Assembly (NCBI RefSeq): GCF_001194135.2
Contig: NC_068994.1
Location: forward strand, 54,480,530 to 54,515,844
DNA: 35,315 nucleotides
Source: Octopus bimaculoides
Taxonomy: Eukaryota
Direction: 5' to 3'
Shown: positions 1 to 11,551 of the stretch, piece by piece
Layout: every line of letters starts with the position of its first letter
How positions within the stretch are numbered: position 1 is the stretch's first letter
Translations under genes and position numbers: made by a program
Notes under the pieces: model-generated
The model's input: the letters and a program-made list of their open reading frames with translations, nothing else
The model's database searches: none
Told to the model about the DNA's origin: nothing

Positions 1-172
1 CTGGGGCACCGCCTTCAAGAAATTTTAGTCGGATGAATCGACCACAGTAATTATTTTTTTAAAGCCTGATACTTATTCTATCGGTTCCTTTGCTGAACCG
101 CAAGATAACTGGTACGTAAACACACCAACAACAATTGTCAAGCGGTGGCGGGGGACAAACACGGCCACGGCC
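1..172 (-). mobile_element. SINE family B body and partial 3' tail
   Basis: Reverse complement of the body and ggcggtgc(c/t)ccag tail also seen at 6190-6345 (+) and 34161-34340 (-); followed by (CA)n. Confidence 0.75.
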
Positions 173-185
173 ACACACACACACA

Positions 186-303
186 CATTCTTTTATTTGT
201 TTCAGTCATTTGACTGCGGTCATGCTGGAGCACCGCCTTTAGTCGAGCAAATCGACCCCAGGGTTTATTCTTTGTAAACCTAGTACTTATTCTATCTGTC
301 CCT
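186..303 (-). mobile_element. SINE family B 3' tail and body fragment
   Basis: tttgtttcagtcatttgactgcggtcatgctggagcaccgcc is the reverse complement of the shared tail ggcggtgctccagcatg(g/a)ccgcagtcaaatgactgaaac. Confidence 0.8.
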
Positions 304-400
304 TTGGCCTGTGGAGTGCTCGGCCACTTACACGTTAATTTCACGAGCAGGCTCTTCAACTGGAGCCCTCGTCGTCGTAATCGACGGAGTGCCACGACGT
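304..400 (-). mobile_element. SINE internal segment (gtggcactccgtcg...ctgctcgtgaaa type)
   Basis: Reverse complement matches 10553-10624 (ccgtggcactccgttggttacgacgacgagggttccagttga...gcctgctcgtgaaa). Confidence 0.75.
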
Positions 401-1017
401 TGAAACAAACATAGACAATGGAGAGGTGAAACCAATGTAATTAGTGTATTGGATATAGTTCTAAGTGTACACGATCAGACAAAGCAGGTGATATAGCTTC
501 AATAATGTGGCTTTACTGCAAGTGAGGAAAATTTATTTAAAGTGCAAAATACATCCAATAAATCGTAGAATTTTATAACGGGTGTTGAATTAAAATGAAA
601 AATGAAACAATATATCTTATGGCAAATCTTATTAAGTAATTAAAGGGACAAGTCTAACTAAAACGTGAAAATTGAAGAAAAAAAATCAAAGCTATGTGCA
701 AGGTGGGTGCGAAAGATAAAAAGGCGTGTAGAAAGACGAAAATGAAGTGCAGTAAGATTAGATAAATTAATAATAGTATTTAATATAATAATAATTAATT
801 AACTGCACCACATTGTATTATTCATTACTTATGTAGTGTACTTTTTTTTATAATTGTGATAAAAGATGGTTAAATTAATTTTCTATTATGCCAAAAATTT
901 TAACGAAGGGGTTTGCTGAAAAAAATAAATATCAGTAAATTTTGAAGTAAAAATCTACTGTAAGCACGAAAAAAAGGAGTAATTTGTGTTTACACACACA
1001 CACACGTATATATTAAA

Positions 1018-1392
1018 AGTGACCTTCTTCAAACCAAACTACCTGTGACCGTTCCTGACTCTTGGTGGTACAAACTTTATGTTTTAAGGTGATTTAAGTT
1101 TCATCAAAATTTTGTGTTAATTTGTTCGAGACATTAGTTTAATAATGACAAAGTTATTTGAATTAATTCTTTATTATTTTCGAAATTAATCGAATGAAAG
1201 GCAGTGTATTTCAAGAGAAATACGGTAAGGAAAGTTTTAAAGTGATCTAAATTAAAACCTTCCATCGAAATTCCACGATTATTTGTTTGAAATCATTAAC
1301 TTAACGGCCAAGTCATTTTATTAAATTATCCATTATTCTCAAAACTGAAACAAAGTCAGTGCATTTTAGCAGAAATATGGTAAGGAAAGGTT
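1018..1392. mobile_element. Two adjacent decayed MITE-like units with similar right ends
   Basis: Direct repeat gcagtgtatttcaagagaaatacggtaaggaaagttt (about 1201-1237) vs tcagtgcattttagcagaaatatggtaaggaaaggttt (about 1357-1394); resembles degraded ...gggttaa piggyBac-type termini. Confidence 0.4.
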
Positions 1393-2179
1393 TGGAGCTT
1401 TCGGAAGAGTGTTTAGAATGTTATGAATCAAGATTACTCAAATTTGATTGTAAGTTATACTATGCTAAAGAAAAAAGTTAAAACGCGCGTAGATAACGAA
1501 AAAAAATAAATAAATAATGAATAGAAAAAAATAGGTGAGTGTTTTAGTGTTGACTGTACTTCTTAAAACTGTGAGAGAAACACTGATAAGCAACCCACTC
1601 TATTTAAAATATTAAAAAGAACTATAATTAGAAAAGTGAAAAACTGAAAGTGAATTTAACCGTACCTCGTTAAGCTGGACATCGTATAAACCGGACGAAA
1701 TCTGAGCAAAGAGATTAACTCTCAGCTCTGACTATCACTTTCGTTAAGTATCAGTGATGCAGGGGCTAATAGTTTCGATGCGGTAGAGAAGCGTTTCACA
1801 TTCACTAAAGATAGTAAATTCATTTTAAATATTAATCTCCATTAATAATGTAACCATTAAATCAGAATGGCAAAGTAATTTTTTCTGTCCGCTGTTATGC
1901 ATTATTGCGACAGTTGTTCTGAAATAGCCTTAAATACTTCACAGTTAGTTGTATCATTGATATGCATCGAGTGGATGGTGGGATAATGGAAGAATGATTA
2001 AAAAAACAAAAAGGGCCGGAGGCGAGTGATATTTCACCAGCACAACCCTGTTTATTATTCGCCATTACATCCGTCTCGAAGAAATCTATTTTTTCTTTGT
2101 AGCATGCCACATTTGCCTCTTACTAACTAACCTATTAATTCGCCCACGATTGAAATTTACTCTCCTCTCCAAGCTTCTG

Positions 2180-2610
2180 CACATCGCAGTTTTCAATTTA
2201 CACTCATAGATATTCGGAATTTTATTTATGCTCGAAATATTCGGCAGACGAAGTATTTCACTTGAAAATTTATGCTGAGATTCGAACCAACAACCATTAC
2301 TTTACCTACAAGCCTTTTTTTAAACAAATGTTTCATCGTAGAAAATAGCAACAGTGTATATTTAATGTCCGACAACACCAATTCACCAGAGAACACGGCG
2401 TGCAACTCACATCCACAGATGCGATCTAAATATTTATCCACGCCATCGAATCCGCCGATAAAATATTCCAATCGCAAATTCATACCGAGGTTTGAACCCA
2501 CAACATTTCCCTTACCAAAACTTCTTTAACAAATGTTTTATGGTGGAAAAATAGCAACCGTGTGTGTTGCGCCAGACAACGGCAATTCATCAACAATGGA
2601 ATCTCTCTGT
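2180..2610 (-). repeat. Degenerate tandem duplication of about 210 bp, each unit with a B-box-like motif on the minus strand
   Basis: aaatttatgctgagattcgaaccaacaacc...aacaaatgtttcatcgtagaaaatagcaac...gacaac recurs as aaattcataccgaggtttgaacccacaac...aacaaatgttttatggtggaaaaatagcaac...gacaac; ORF 2272-2529 repeats RFEPTT. Confidence 0.7.
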
Positions 2611-2814
2611 TCGATTCTATTCATTTGATTACAACTTTCTCTTCATTGACAATTGAAGCATTTTGTTCAATGGCAACAGTATTGTCGTTTAGTTCAATGT
2701 AGCCTAAATATATCTCGCCATTAAAAAAAAAATCTTTTTATATATAAACAAACATTGCTTCATAATACAAATATAGGAACACAAGCACACGTACAGAAAT
2801 AAGCACAAATACAC

Positions 2815-3020
2815 ACATGCAAGCACACACACACACACATGCAAGCACACACACACACACACACATACACACACACACACACACCGAAATACATATTTTT
2901 TTCCAGAAATATTTCTATACAGAAATATTTGTGTCTATACATAGATACACACACACACACACACACGTGCACGTACGTACGTACGTACGTATGTATGTAT
3001 GTATGTGCATAAATATACAT

Positions 3021-3077
<57 letters not shown>

Positions 3078-3210
3078 CATACACACATATACATACATAT
3101 ACATATATGTACACATATATCTATATACATATATAAATATATACACATATATATGTACATACAAACATACATATCTATCTATCTATCTATATATATATAT
3201 ATACACACAC
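2815..3210. repeat. Compound (CA)n/(TA)n/(CGTA)n/(TATG)n/(TATC)n microsatellite
   Basis: Directly visible. Confidence 0.97.
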
Positions 3211-3689
3211 AAATTTCTCTAAAATGTGAGCTATTGACTCTAACCTTAATCTTGTAGATCTGTACCTTTTGTCTGTAGTCTTTATTGTCTGCATCATATG
3301 TGTGTCTGAGTGTGTGTATATACACTCACAAACACAAATATATTCATAAACAGACAACCTCATACTCATACTCACTCTATCATACGTAAATGTTATTTTG
3401 TTGGTTCCCAATTCAATTATCGGTCTTATTGCTTTACTCTGGAGTTTAACATGTTACACCTTTCTTTTCAAAAAGATTCATTGATGTGAGTATTATATTT
3501 AGATTAACACCCCCCCCTTCTTACTTCCTTCCTGCTACATTTACCACATACATACGCACAAGTACACAAACACATAAATCTATATACAACCACAATTTAT
3601 GTTTGATAGTAAAACAACAGAAACAACAACAACAACAATAATAATAATACAACAGTACCCACTGAACGGGATGGTGGTCGTCACAGATT

Positions 3690-3854
3690 TAAGTTGTCAG
3701 CTATTACTGGAACACATTTACAGCTGAGTGGACTGGGGCAATACAAAAAAAGTGTTTTACTAAAACACATAACTCATCTCCATGTCCGGGAATCGAAACT
3801 ACAATCTTACGATTGTGAATGCAACACCACAACCGCTGAGCCACGCACCTTCAC
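3690..3854 (-). mobile_element. tRNA-derived SINE family C (head plus conserved-core-like body)
   Basis: Minus strand reads gtgaaggtgcgtggctcagcggttg (A-box)...gtagtttcgattcccgg (B-box)...ttgccccagtccactcagctgtaaatg. Confidence 0.7.
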
Positions 3855-4171
3855 AAGCACGTATTAACCATTCAAAAAAAAAAAAAACACACAGCAACTG
3901 TTAACTTCACTCAATAATTTATTGTTGGCGCCAAAATTTTCGCCGTACTGTCTGCGACCTGGTCACTGACACAGTTTCGTTGTAACACCGTAGAGTGACG
4001 AAAGTTTTGACACTAAATAATAAACGAATAATTGAAATTAACAGTTTTTGTATAGTAATAAATGGCTAACATTTGTCTTCCACGCTGTAATTACTTTAGT
4101 TTCAACACAAACTCTCAATTCTAATCACTTGCCAGACAAGAACATCTTCAGAACTATTATTATTATTATTA

Positions 4172-4404
4172 NNNNNNNNNNNNNNNNNNNNNNNNNNNNN
4201 NNNNNNNNNNNNNNNNNNNNNNNNNNNNNNNNNNNNNNNNNNNNNNNNNNNNNNNNNNNNNNNNNNNNNNNNNNNNNNNNNNNNNNNNNNNNNNNNNNNN
4301 NNNNNNNNNNNNNNNNNNNNNNNNNNNNNNNNNNNNNNNNNNNNNNNNNNNNNNNNNNNNNNNNNNNNNNNNNNNNNNNNNNNNNNNNNNNNNNNNNNNN
4401 NNNN
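4172..4404. other. Assembly gap; further gaps at 7209-7642, 10241-10552, 15493-15805, 16476-16844, 24369-24409, 25130-25219, 27827-28160, 28575-28584, 29144-29695, 31925-32256
   Basis: Runs of N, most flanked by microsatellites or homopolymers. Confidence 0.99.
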
Positions 4405-4456
4405 TTAAAATAAAATAGAATAATGTAATAACTAAAATTACTCTCAGTGTTGGTTT

Positions 4457-4458
<2 letters not shown>

Positions 4459-4513
<55 letters not shown>

Positions 4514-4700
4514 ATATACACACACATATATATATATACGCACGCACGCACACATACATACACACATACTCATATACACATATATATACACGCACGCACA
4601 CACTGCTTATCTGTCTATCGATCGACATCTATTAATGAATAGAGAGACAAACAAACAGATAGATAGATAGATAGATAGATACGCGTGCGCGCGTGTGTGT
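4459..4700. repeat. (CA)n, (TA)n and (GATA)n microsatellites
   Basis: Directly visible. Confidence 0.97.
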
Positions 4701-4809
4701 ACAACCTCTCTGTTTATCATTCTTTCTCCATCGCAGTGTGTGTAGTGTGAATTTACTCATTGCCTGCCACGAAGTTTAGCATGAGCACTCATATTGTATC
4801 TCTGATGCT

Positions 4810-4811
<2 letters not shown>

Positions 4812-4896
<85 letters not shown>
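4812..4896. repeat. (CT)n microsatellite
   Basis: Uninterrupted CT run of about 85 bp. Confidence 0.99.
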
Positions 4897-4900
<4 letters not shown>

Positions 4901-5142
4901 GCTGCTGTCTATACGCTGTAAATCGTGACTGGAGAAACCAACCAACCAGCCAACATTTAGATCTGCCATTCATATATAGAGATTCTTATTTCTGACTTTC
5001 CATGCGAAGTGTGTCATCCGTTTTTTTTTTCTCTCTCCAGTGCATTACGAGGTCAAAGCGACTGAGAAAACATTAAAACTTAGCATATCGATTATAATAT
5101 TGTCATGAATGATGCATTGTATCTTAAATGGAGAAGGGATGA

Positions 5143-5500
5143 TGACGGCTTGATCGTCTTTGATCAAAGATCTACTCACTCAGAGTTGACCTGGGGTTAA
5201 AAAAACAATGACAACAACAACTGCAACAACAAACATACAATAACTGCAAGTATATTAAAGCTGATGATTGACTTGCTTGCAACAATGAGACGAACCTATA
5301 CATGGTCGCTCAGCTTGTTAGAAACAGCAGCCAAATCGCATTCAAATAACAAAAGGAAGGACATATTGGTTGAATGTTATCAGACTGAGATAAAACAGTA
5401 TTTGAAATGGAAAGACAAGATTGTCTTAGCTGGAATGTCTCTGATCACACGTCTGTTTTACCTGAGGGTTAAATAACAACAACAACGACGACGACAACAA
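5143..5500 (+). mobile_element. Two retroposon 3'-end fragments with (ACA)n tails
   Basis: tttgatcaaag...gacctggggttaaaaaaacaatgacaacaacaac (about 5160-5222) and ctctgatcacac...tacctgagggttaaataacaacaacaac (about 5440-5487). Confidence 0.5.
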
Positions 5501-6189
5501 CTGTAATGATAATTATTGCCAAAAAAGAGCAAGGGAGACAATTCTGAAATCCAAATTTACTTTACTCTTCGTGCGGGTGAGAAACAGGACTATTGATGCA
5601 GCAGGAAAGGTGGAAGTGGTTGTTATGTTGTTTAGGCCTCGGTCAACTCTCATCGAAAAGCATTCCGACCATGACTCTCTTGTTCTTTTTTTTATTAAGA
5701 TTAGCACTACACTGGCCAATGTACGCCTTCTCTGTTTTCAAGACGGTAGGAGGACTTTAACTGCTATTTCTAGCTGGACGAGCGGCTATGTTTAGCATCC
5801 TTTTGTTGGCGCTTAACATAATGGAATCGCTAGGCTGACATCGTGAAATACAGCGTGACTGAGCATTCGATCATAATAAGCAACAAGGATACCCAAAGTT
5901 AATGCAGTACGATCGTTTCATGCGACTCCATTTATTTAAGCAATGTGAATATTACATTAACTGTAAAATGCAGAGCAATCCTTAGCTGCACAAAGATATA
6001 GAAATTTACTGAAATTTCATTTCAACAGAAAGACATATTTTTGTAACTACATTTAAACTTGTTGCTTATTTTGATTTTATTCCCCTTATTTTGGAATTGT
6101 ATGGATAATACCATACTTAATTCTGGTGCCTAAACTTCAGTACCATATTCACCTTGAATCTAAATTTTATATATATATATGCACACACA

Positions 6190-6345
6190 CGTGTGCCTGT
6201 GTTTGTCCCCCCAACAACCGATGCTGGTGTGTTTACACCCCCGTAACTTAGCGGTTCGGCAAAGAATAAGTCCAGGGGTAGATTTGCTGGACTGAAGGCG
6301 GTGCTCCAGCATGACAAGGCCGCAGTCAAATATCGCAGTATCAGA
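6190..6345 (+). mobile_element. SINE family B body and tail, preceded by (TA)n
   Basis: gtgtttgtcccccc...gtgtttacacccccgtaacttagcggttcggcaaag...gaaggcggtgctccagcatg...gccgcagtcaaat. Confidence 0.8.
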
Positions 6346-6889
6346 GACAGGGCATTCTCAGTTAAGAGTGCCTGTCGAGCTGCTCTGGCGAAACTTCGGA
6401 GTGATGGTTACTATATATTTTCGACACTACACATTCTATTTAAGGCCTTTGTTACCCGGTGTATTTAAGGCCACTTATCTTATAAACGCATACATGGAGT
6501 GATTGCGTAACACAATACACACATAAATGTATTCATATCTAAACACATACACACACGCATGCATTATACACACACATGCATAAATAAATACATACATACA
6601 AGTATAAAAATACATGTATATTCATATATCCACATGAGAGAAAGCTTATCAGTTTTCTCGTCAGTCAGGATGTAATCCCCCACGTGACTTGGGCAATCTC
6701 AGTGTAAATCAACTTCTCGACAAAGCTACATTAACATTATCAATGTTAATCTGATAAACTCTAATAGAACACTATTCAGCCATGTTGACTTAATATTTCA
6801 GTACGTGAAAAAATATTTAATGTTTAATTACGTGTTTATGTTTAAAGCCTATTTTAGTCACGCGTCAAAAGTAATATGGAGTTTGTGCG

Positions 6890-6918
6890 CGCGTGCGTGC
6901 GTGTGTGTGTCGGTGTAT

Positions 6919-6985
<67 letters not shown>

Positions 6986-7111
6986 CACACACACACAGAT
7001 TTATATGTATATATATACATATATATATATACATGCATATAAATAAACACAAATTTATACACACAGATATATATATATATGCACATGTACATATATATAT
7101 TATGCATGAAC

Positions 7112-7156
<45 letters not shown>

Positions 7157-7753
7157 CGTACACATATATTATGCATGAACATATATATATATATATATAT
7201 GTATATATNNNNNNNNNNNNNNNNNNNNNNNNNNNNNNNNNNNNNNNNNNNNNNNNNNNNNNNNNNNNNNNNNNNNNNNNNNNNNNNNNNNNNNNNNNNN
7301 NNNNNNNNNNNNNNNNNNNNNNNNNNNNNNNNNNNNNNNNNNNNNNNNNNNNNNNNNNNNNNNNNNNNNNNNNNNNNNNNNNNNNNNNNNNNNNNNNNNN
7401 NNNNNNNNNNNNNNNNNNNNNNNNNNNNNNNNNNNNNNNNNNNNNNNNNNNNNNNNNNNNNNNNNNNNNNNNNNNNNNNNNNNNNNNNNNNNNNNNNNNN
7501 NNNNNNNNNNNNNNNNNNNNNNNNNNNNNNNNNNNNNNNNNNNNNNNNNNNNNNNNNNNNNNNNNNNNNNNNNNNNNNNNNNNNNNNNNNNNNNNNNNNN
7601 NNNNNNNNNNNNNNNNNNNNNNNNNNNNNNNNNNNNNNNNNNTATATATATGCACGTATAAATACACATGTAGATGTATATTTTTCATATTATTACTCAT
7701 ATCTATACATATATATGTATAACTTCGCATATATATATACACGCGTACGCATG

Positions 7754-7789
<36 letters not shown>

Positions 7790-7800
7790 TATACCCATAC
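6890..7800. repeat. Compound (CA)n/(TA)n microsatellite field spanning a gap
   Basis: Directly visible; includes a duplicated tattatgcatgaacata unit. Confidence 0.95.
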
Positions 7801-8099
7801 ACTTGTAGCTACATTAATTCTATTCACACCGTCAAACGTATTTATCTACAAACACCCAATAACGCAACACTGCAGCTCCATAATCCAAATAAAAGGTCCA
7901 CGTGAAATGTGTGCGGGGGAAGATTGCATAAATGAATAACGAGGTTCAAATCCCAGCTGGGACAACGTGCTTCTCTCTCTCTCTCTCTCCACATTAGCAA
8001 ATATCACTGATGGAGTCAAGAAGTGATAATTGACACAGTGTCACAAGCCTCTAGTCTACCACCATCACACCAAACTCTACTCTCACCGCCGCCTTCTCA

Positions 8100-8115
8100 T
8101 TGCACCACCAATCTA

Positions 8116-8170
<55 letters not shown>

Positions 8171-8586
8171 TCGTGATTTATTCTCTGTTTAGCTTTTTAC
8201 CAGTTACCACCATCATCACCATCACTCCTACTACAACCACTACCGTCGCCATACTCACTACCACACATACCACTACTGCTACCACCATTACCAATATTAC
8301 CACTACTACTACTACTACTCACCACCATAACTACTACTGCTACTCTCAGGGCCACCACCACCTCTACTACTACGACTGCTACTACCACAACCACCATCCC
8401 TGCTACCACCAACACCACTACCACCACCACAACATCACACCTACTACTATCAGCACCACCAACACATCCACTCATCTACTACTACTACTACTACTACTAC
8501 TTCAACCACTACTACTGTTACAATCTATTAACCATACAACTAAATAATTACCCCGCCACCACCACCACCACCACCACCACCACCGC
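8100..8586. repeat. Degenerate (ACT)n/(ACC)n/(GCT)n trinucleotide field
   Basis: Directly visible; produces the spurious Thr/His-rich ORF 8023-8547. Confidence 0.9.
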
Positions 8587-8829
8587 CAACCAGCGAGGGC
8601 GTTTTTGCGTGGTCTCTCAACACGTTACATTTCATGTACTGAGTTCAAAGCAGCATAAAATATATCGTAAATAAATTCCTTCGAAATATAATCGCCATTG
8701 TTGGTAGTGACATTTTCTCACACTTTAAACCACATCTTGTATTCCTTGGGCAAAAAGAAAGAAAGAAAGAAAGAAAGCAGGAAAGGAAGGAAGAAAGAAA
8801 AGTCAGATTCATTAGAAGAGAAAATTGTT

Positions 8830-9110
8830 TGGAGCACCTTTGCGATGTCGTCCCTGCTTCAGAAAGTTTTTCCACTGGTAAAGTGTTTAAAGGGTGTGAA
8901 TAAGTGGACATCTGGTAGTGTTAAGGTCTGATGAGCAGAGAGAGTAATGTTAAAGCTTCCCAGCCGAATGAATTTATCTTTCCTTGGTTTATCATCGTTG
9001 AACGTAGTCTTGCATTATCATGTTGCAGGATGAGGCGCCCGCTACTGATATTTCTGCGCTTTTTAACACTATACATCTGTACGAGATGCTTTCTGAAGAC
9101 TAATACTGCA
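8830..9110 (-). pseudogene. Mariner (DD34D-type) transposase remnant, catalytic C-terminal part
   Basis: Minus-strand translation LILQHDNARLRS...KINSFGWEAL, then after frameshifts SSDL...DVHLFTPFKHFTSGKTF, matching the mariner motifs HDNARPH / LGWEVL / YSPDLAPSDFHLF. Confidence 0.85.
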
Positions 9111-9150
9111 GTATTATGGCATTCGGAAATATGTATATCCACATTATGTA

Positions 9151-9152
<2 letters not shown>

Positions 9153-9194
<42 letters not shown>

Positions 9195-9317
9195 ATTTAT
9201 ATATCTATTTTTATATTTAAATACATTTATATTTATATATGGATCTATCTATCTATCTATCTATCTATCTTCACCAATCCCCCCTCTCGCTAACACGCAC
9301 ACACACAGACATATATA

Positions 9318-9350
<33 letters not shown>
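9153..9350. repeat. (TA)n, (TATC)n and (GT)n microsatellites
   Basis: Directly visible. Confidence 0.95.
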
Positions 9351-9353
<3 letters not shown>

Positions 9354-9922
9354 AGTGTGATATAAATCTTTCCTAGAAATATCTTTGTTGCCAAAAACTG
9401 TCTCGGTTTATTCATAAAAGTTTTGTGTCATCACGGAATGATGGAATTCGATAAAGCGTTACACGTCTACATGACAATAAATCGTTTCAAGACTGCAAAC
9501 TAGACAGCAGGCTTCAGTATAAACTCCACCCCAACCACCACCGCTACCGTCACCTCTATTCTAAATATGGAATGTTAAAAATACCTTGTGAGAAGACGAA
9601 CGTATATCTTAACCTGTACACAAGACTGAGAACGAAAATAGAGTAAGCAAACAACACTAGAAATTGCCGACTTTAAAAAAGAGAGAGAGAGAGAGAGAAC
9701 GAAAGAAAGGTATTAAAGAAGGAAGGAAAGAAGGAAGGAAGGAAGGATGGTAAGAAAATCGGAGCTTTTCTTTGCGTAACAAACCAATCAATATCCAACA
9801 ATACGTTTGAAATAGTAGTATTCCGTATCAACATTTTGGAATGGTCCATCCGAAACGTGAAGAAACCCGATTCATTATGACAAAAACTGAAAGAAAATTT
9901 ACGATATTCACCAGCGAACTTA

Positions 9923-9971
<49 letters not shown>

Positions 9972-10010
9972 GTTCTCTTTCATTTTCTCTCTGTTTATTT
10001 TCTCTTATTC

Positions 10011-10046
10011 CTTTCTGTTGAAGAGCGTAGGCTCGAAACGTAAAAG
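10011..10046 (+). ncRNA. Minimal type I hammerhead-ribozyme-like motif with non-canonical core CUGUUGA
   Basis: CUUU-CUGUUGA-A-GAGC-GUAG-GCUC-GAAA-CG-UA-AAAG: stem I CUUU/AAAG, stem II GAGC/GCUC, palindromic ACGU in place of stem III. Confidence 0.5.
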
Positions 10047-10552
10047 ACTGTATGCAAAATAAATATATGGTTAAAAATGTTAGAGGCTGCCTTCGACTTT
10101 TTCAATCCAAAAGGGTATAGATAGTTTTATATATTCTTCGAGAACCAGTTCCAAAATAATTTATTTCAACTTCTCTCAAAAATTTATGAATTCTTATGAC
10201 GTCAACAACAAAAAATAAAGCCATAAAAACGTTCCTCAGTNNNNNNNNNNNNNNNNNNNNNNNNNNNNNNNNNNNNNNNNNNNNNNNNNNNNNNNNNNNN
10301 NNNNNNNNNNNNNNNNNNNNNNNNNNNNNNNNNNNNNNNNNNNNNNNNNNNNNNNNNNNNNNNNNNNNNNNNNNNNNNNNNNNNNNNNNNNNNNNNNNNN
10401 NNNNNNNNNNNNNNNNNNNNNNNNNNNNNNNNNNNNNNNNNNNNNNNNNNNNNNNNNNNNNNNNNNNNNNNNNNNNNNNNNNNNNNNNNNNNNNNNNNNN
10501 NNNNNNNNNNNNNNNNNNNNNNNNNNNNNNNNNNNNNNNNNNNNNNNNNNNN

Positions 10553-10624
10553 CCGTGGCACTCCGTTGGTTACGACGACGAGGGTTCCAGTTGATCCGAT
10601 CAACAGAACAGCCTGCTCGTGAAA
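10553..10624 (+). mobile_element. SINE internal segment
   Basis: Matches the reverse complement of 304-400. Confidence 0.7.
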
Positions 10625-10685
10625 CATACCCAAGGCACACAGAGCTGCGCTCGGTAGTAAAGTGAGAGCACGCTATAAAAAAATA

Positions 10686-10727
<42 letters not shown>

Positions 10728-10728
10728 C
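10625..10728 (+). mobile_element. Non-LTR retrotransposon 3' UTR with (AAT)n tail, probably R4/Dong-like
   Basis: catacccaaggcacacagagctgcgctcggtagtaaagtgagagcacgctataaaaaaatactgaataataat; near-identical copy at 22537-22627. The clade call is from memory only. Confidence 0.55.
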
Positions 10729-10942
10729 CTTTCTATAATAGGCGCAAGGCCTGAAATTTTGGGGAGGGGGATAGTCGATTACCCCAGCGTTTCACTGATA
10801 CTTAATTTATCGACTCCGAAAGGATGAAAGGCAAAGTCGACCTCGGCGGAATTTGAACTCAGAACGGAGAAATAAAATCCCCAGAAGACTTGCCACTAAG
10901 CGTTTTCTCTGACATGCTAATGATCTTGCTAGTTTGCCTTCT
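10722..10942 (-). mobile_element. tRNA-derived SINE family A copy
   Basis: Diagnostic plus-strand core gaaaggatgaaaggcaaagtcgacctcggcggaatttgaactcagaac (minus strand B-box gagttcaaattcc); tail merges into (AAT)n. Confidence 0.85.
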
Positions 10943-10959
10943 TAATTGCTAGAAGTCAG

Positions 10960-11135
10960 CAATTTGAAGGCAGATGGTTAGTTGATATCATCTATCCTAT
11001 TACTTTATTTAATCGATCACGAAAAGATGAAAGACAAAGCTGATCTCGGCGGGATTTGAACGCAGAAAGCAAAGATCCAAAACAAATATTGCAAAGCAAT
11101 TTTTACCGACACTAATAATTCTGCCTGCTTATCGT
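10960..11135 (-). mobile_element. SINE family A copy, degenerate
   Basis: gaaaagatgaaagacaaagctgatctcggcgggatttgaacgcagaa. Confidence 0.75.
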
Positions 11136-11433
11136 TTTGTATAAATGTAATAGATAACCCTGGAATGCTCGATATCTCGAAACAAATGAAATAAAATAGA
11201 AATAAAATAGAAAACAGGAAACATCAACATTAAACGAAGGATATGTCAATAAAGTTAGTGGGAAATATTGCCTCAGCAGAAAACGATGTAACAGAGAGGA
11301 AGAAAGAAAGAACTATACCTTAATATAACAAAATTGTGTTTCGGCGTTTGTCCCAGTTGGTATTGGATAAAATGACAGCAGAGAAAGAAAACAACTAAAC
11401 GAATACTCATTGTATCATTTCACACACTGAGGA

Positions 11434-11435
<2 letters not shown>

Positions 11436-11470
<35 letters not shown>

Positions 11471-11495
11471 CTACGAGAGAGAGGGTGAGAGTCTG

Positions 11496-11550
<55 letters not shown>
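11436..11550. repeat. (ATT)n and (GATA)n microsatellites
   Basis: Directly visible. Confidence 0.97.

Positions 11551-11551
<1 letters not shown>

Noticed and set aside
4048-4171. Signal-peptide-like N-terminus KWLTFVFHAVITLVSTQ
   Set aside because: Non-ATG start, runs into (ATT)n and a gap, and no splice donor is visible.
6643-6762. agcttatcag and ctgataa as a miR-21-like hairpin
   Set aside because: Only about 10 nt of similarity, the arms are over 90 nt apart without extended pairing, and miR-21 is vertebrate-restricted.
8023-8547. 174-aa Thr/His-rich ORF resembling a mucin or His-rich protein
   Set aside because: It coincides exactly with an ACT/ACC/GCT trinucleotide field, starts at a non-ATG codon and has no recognisable domain.
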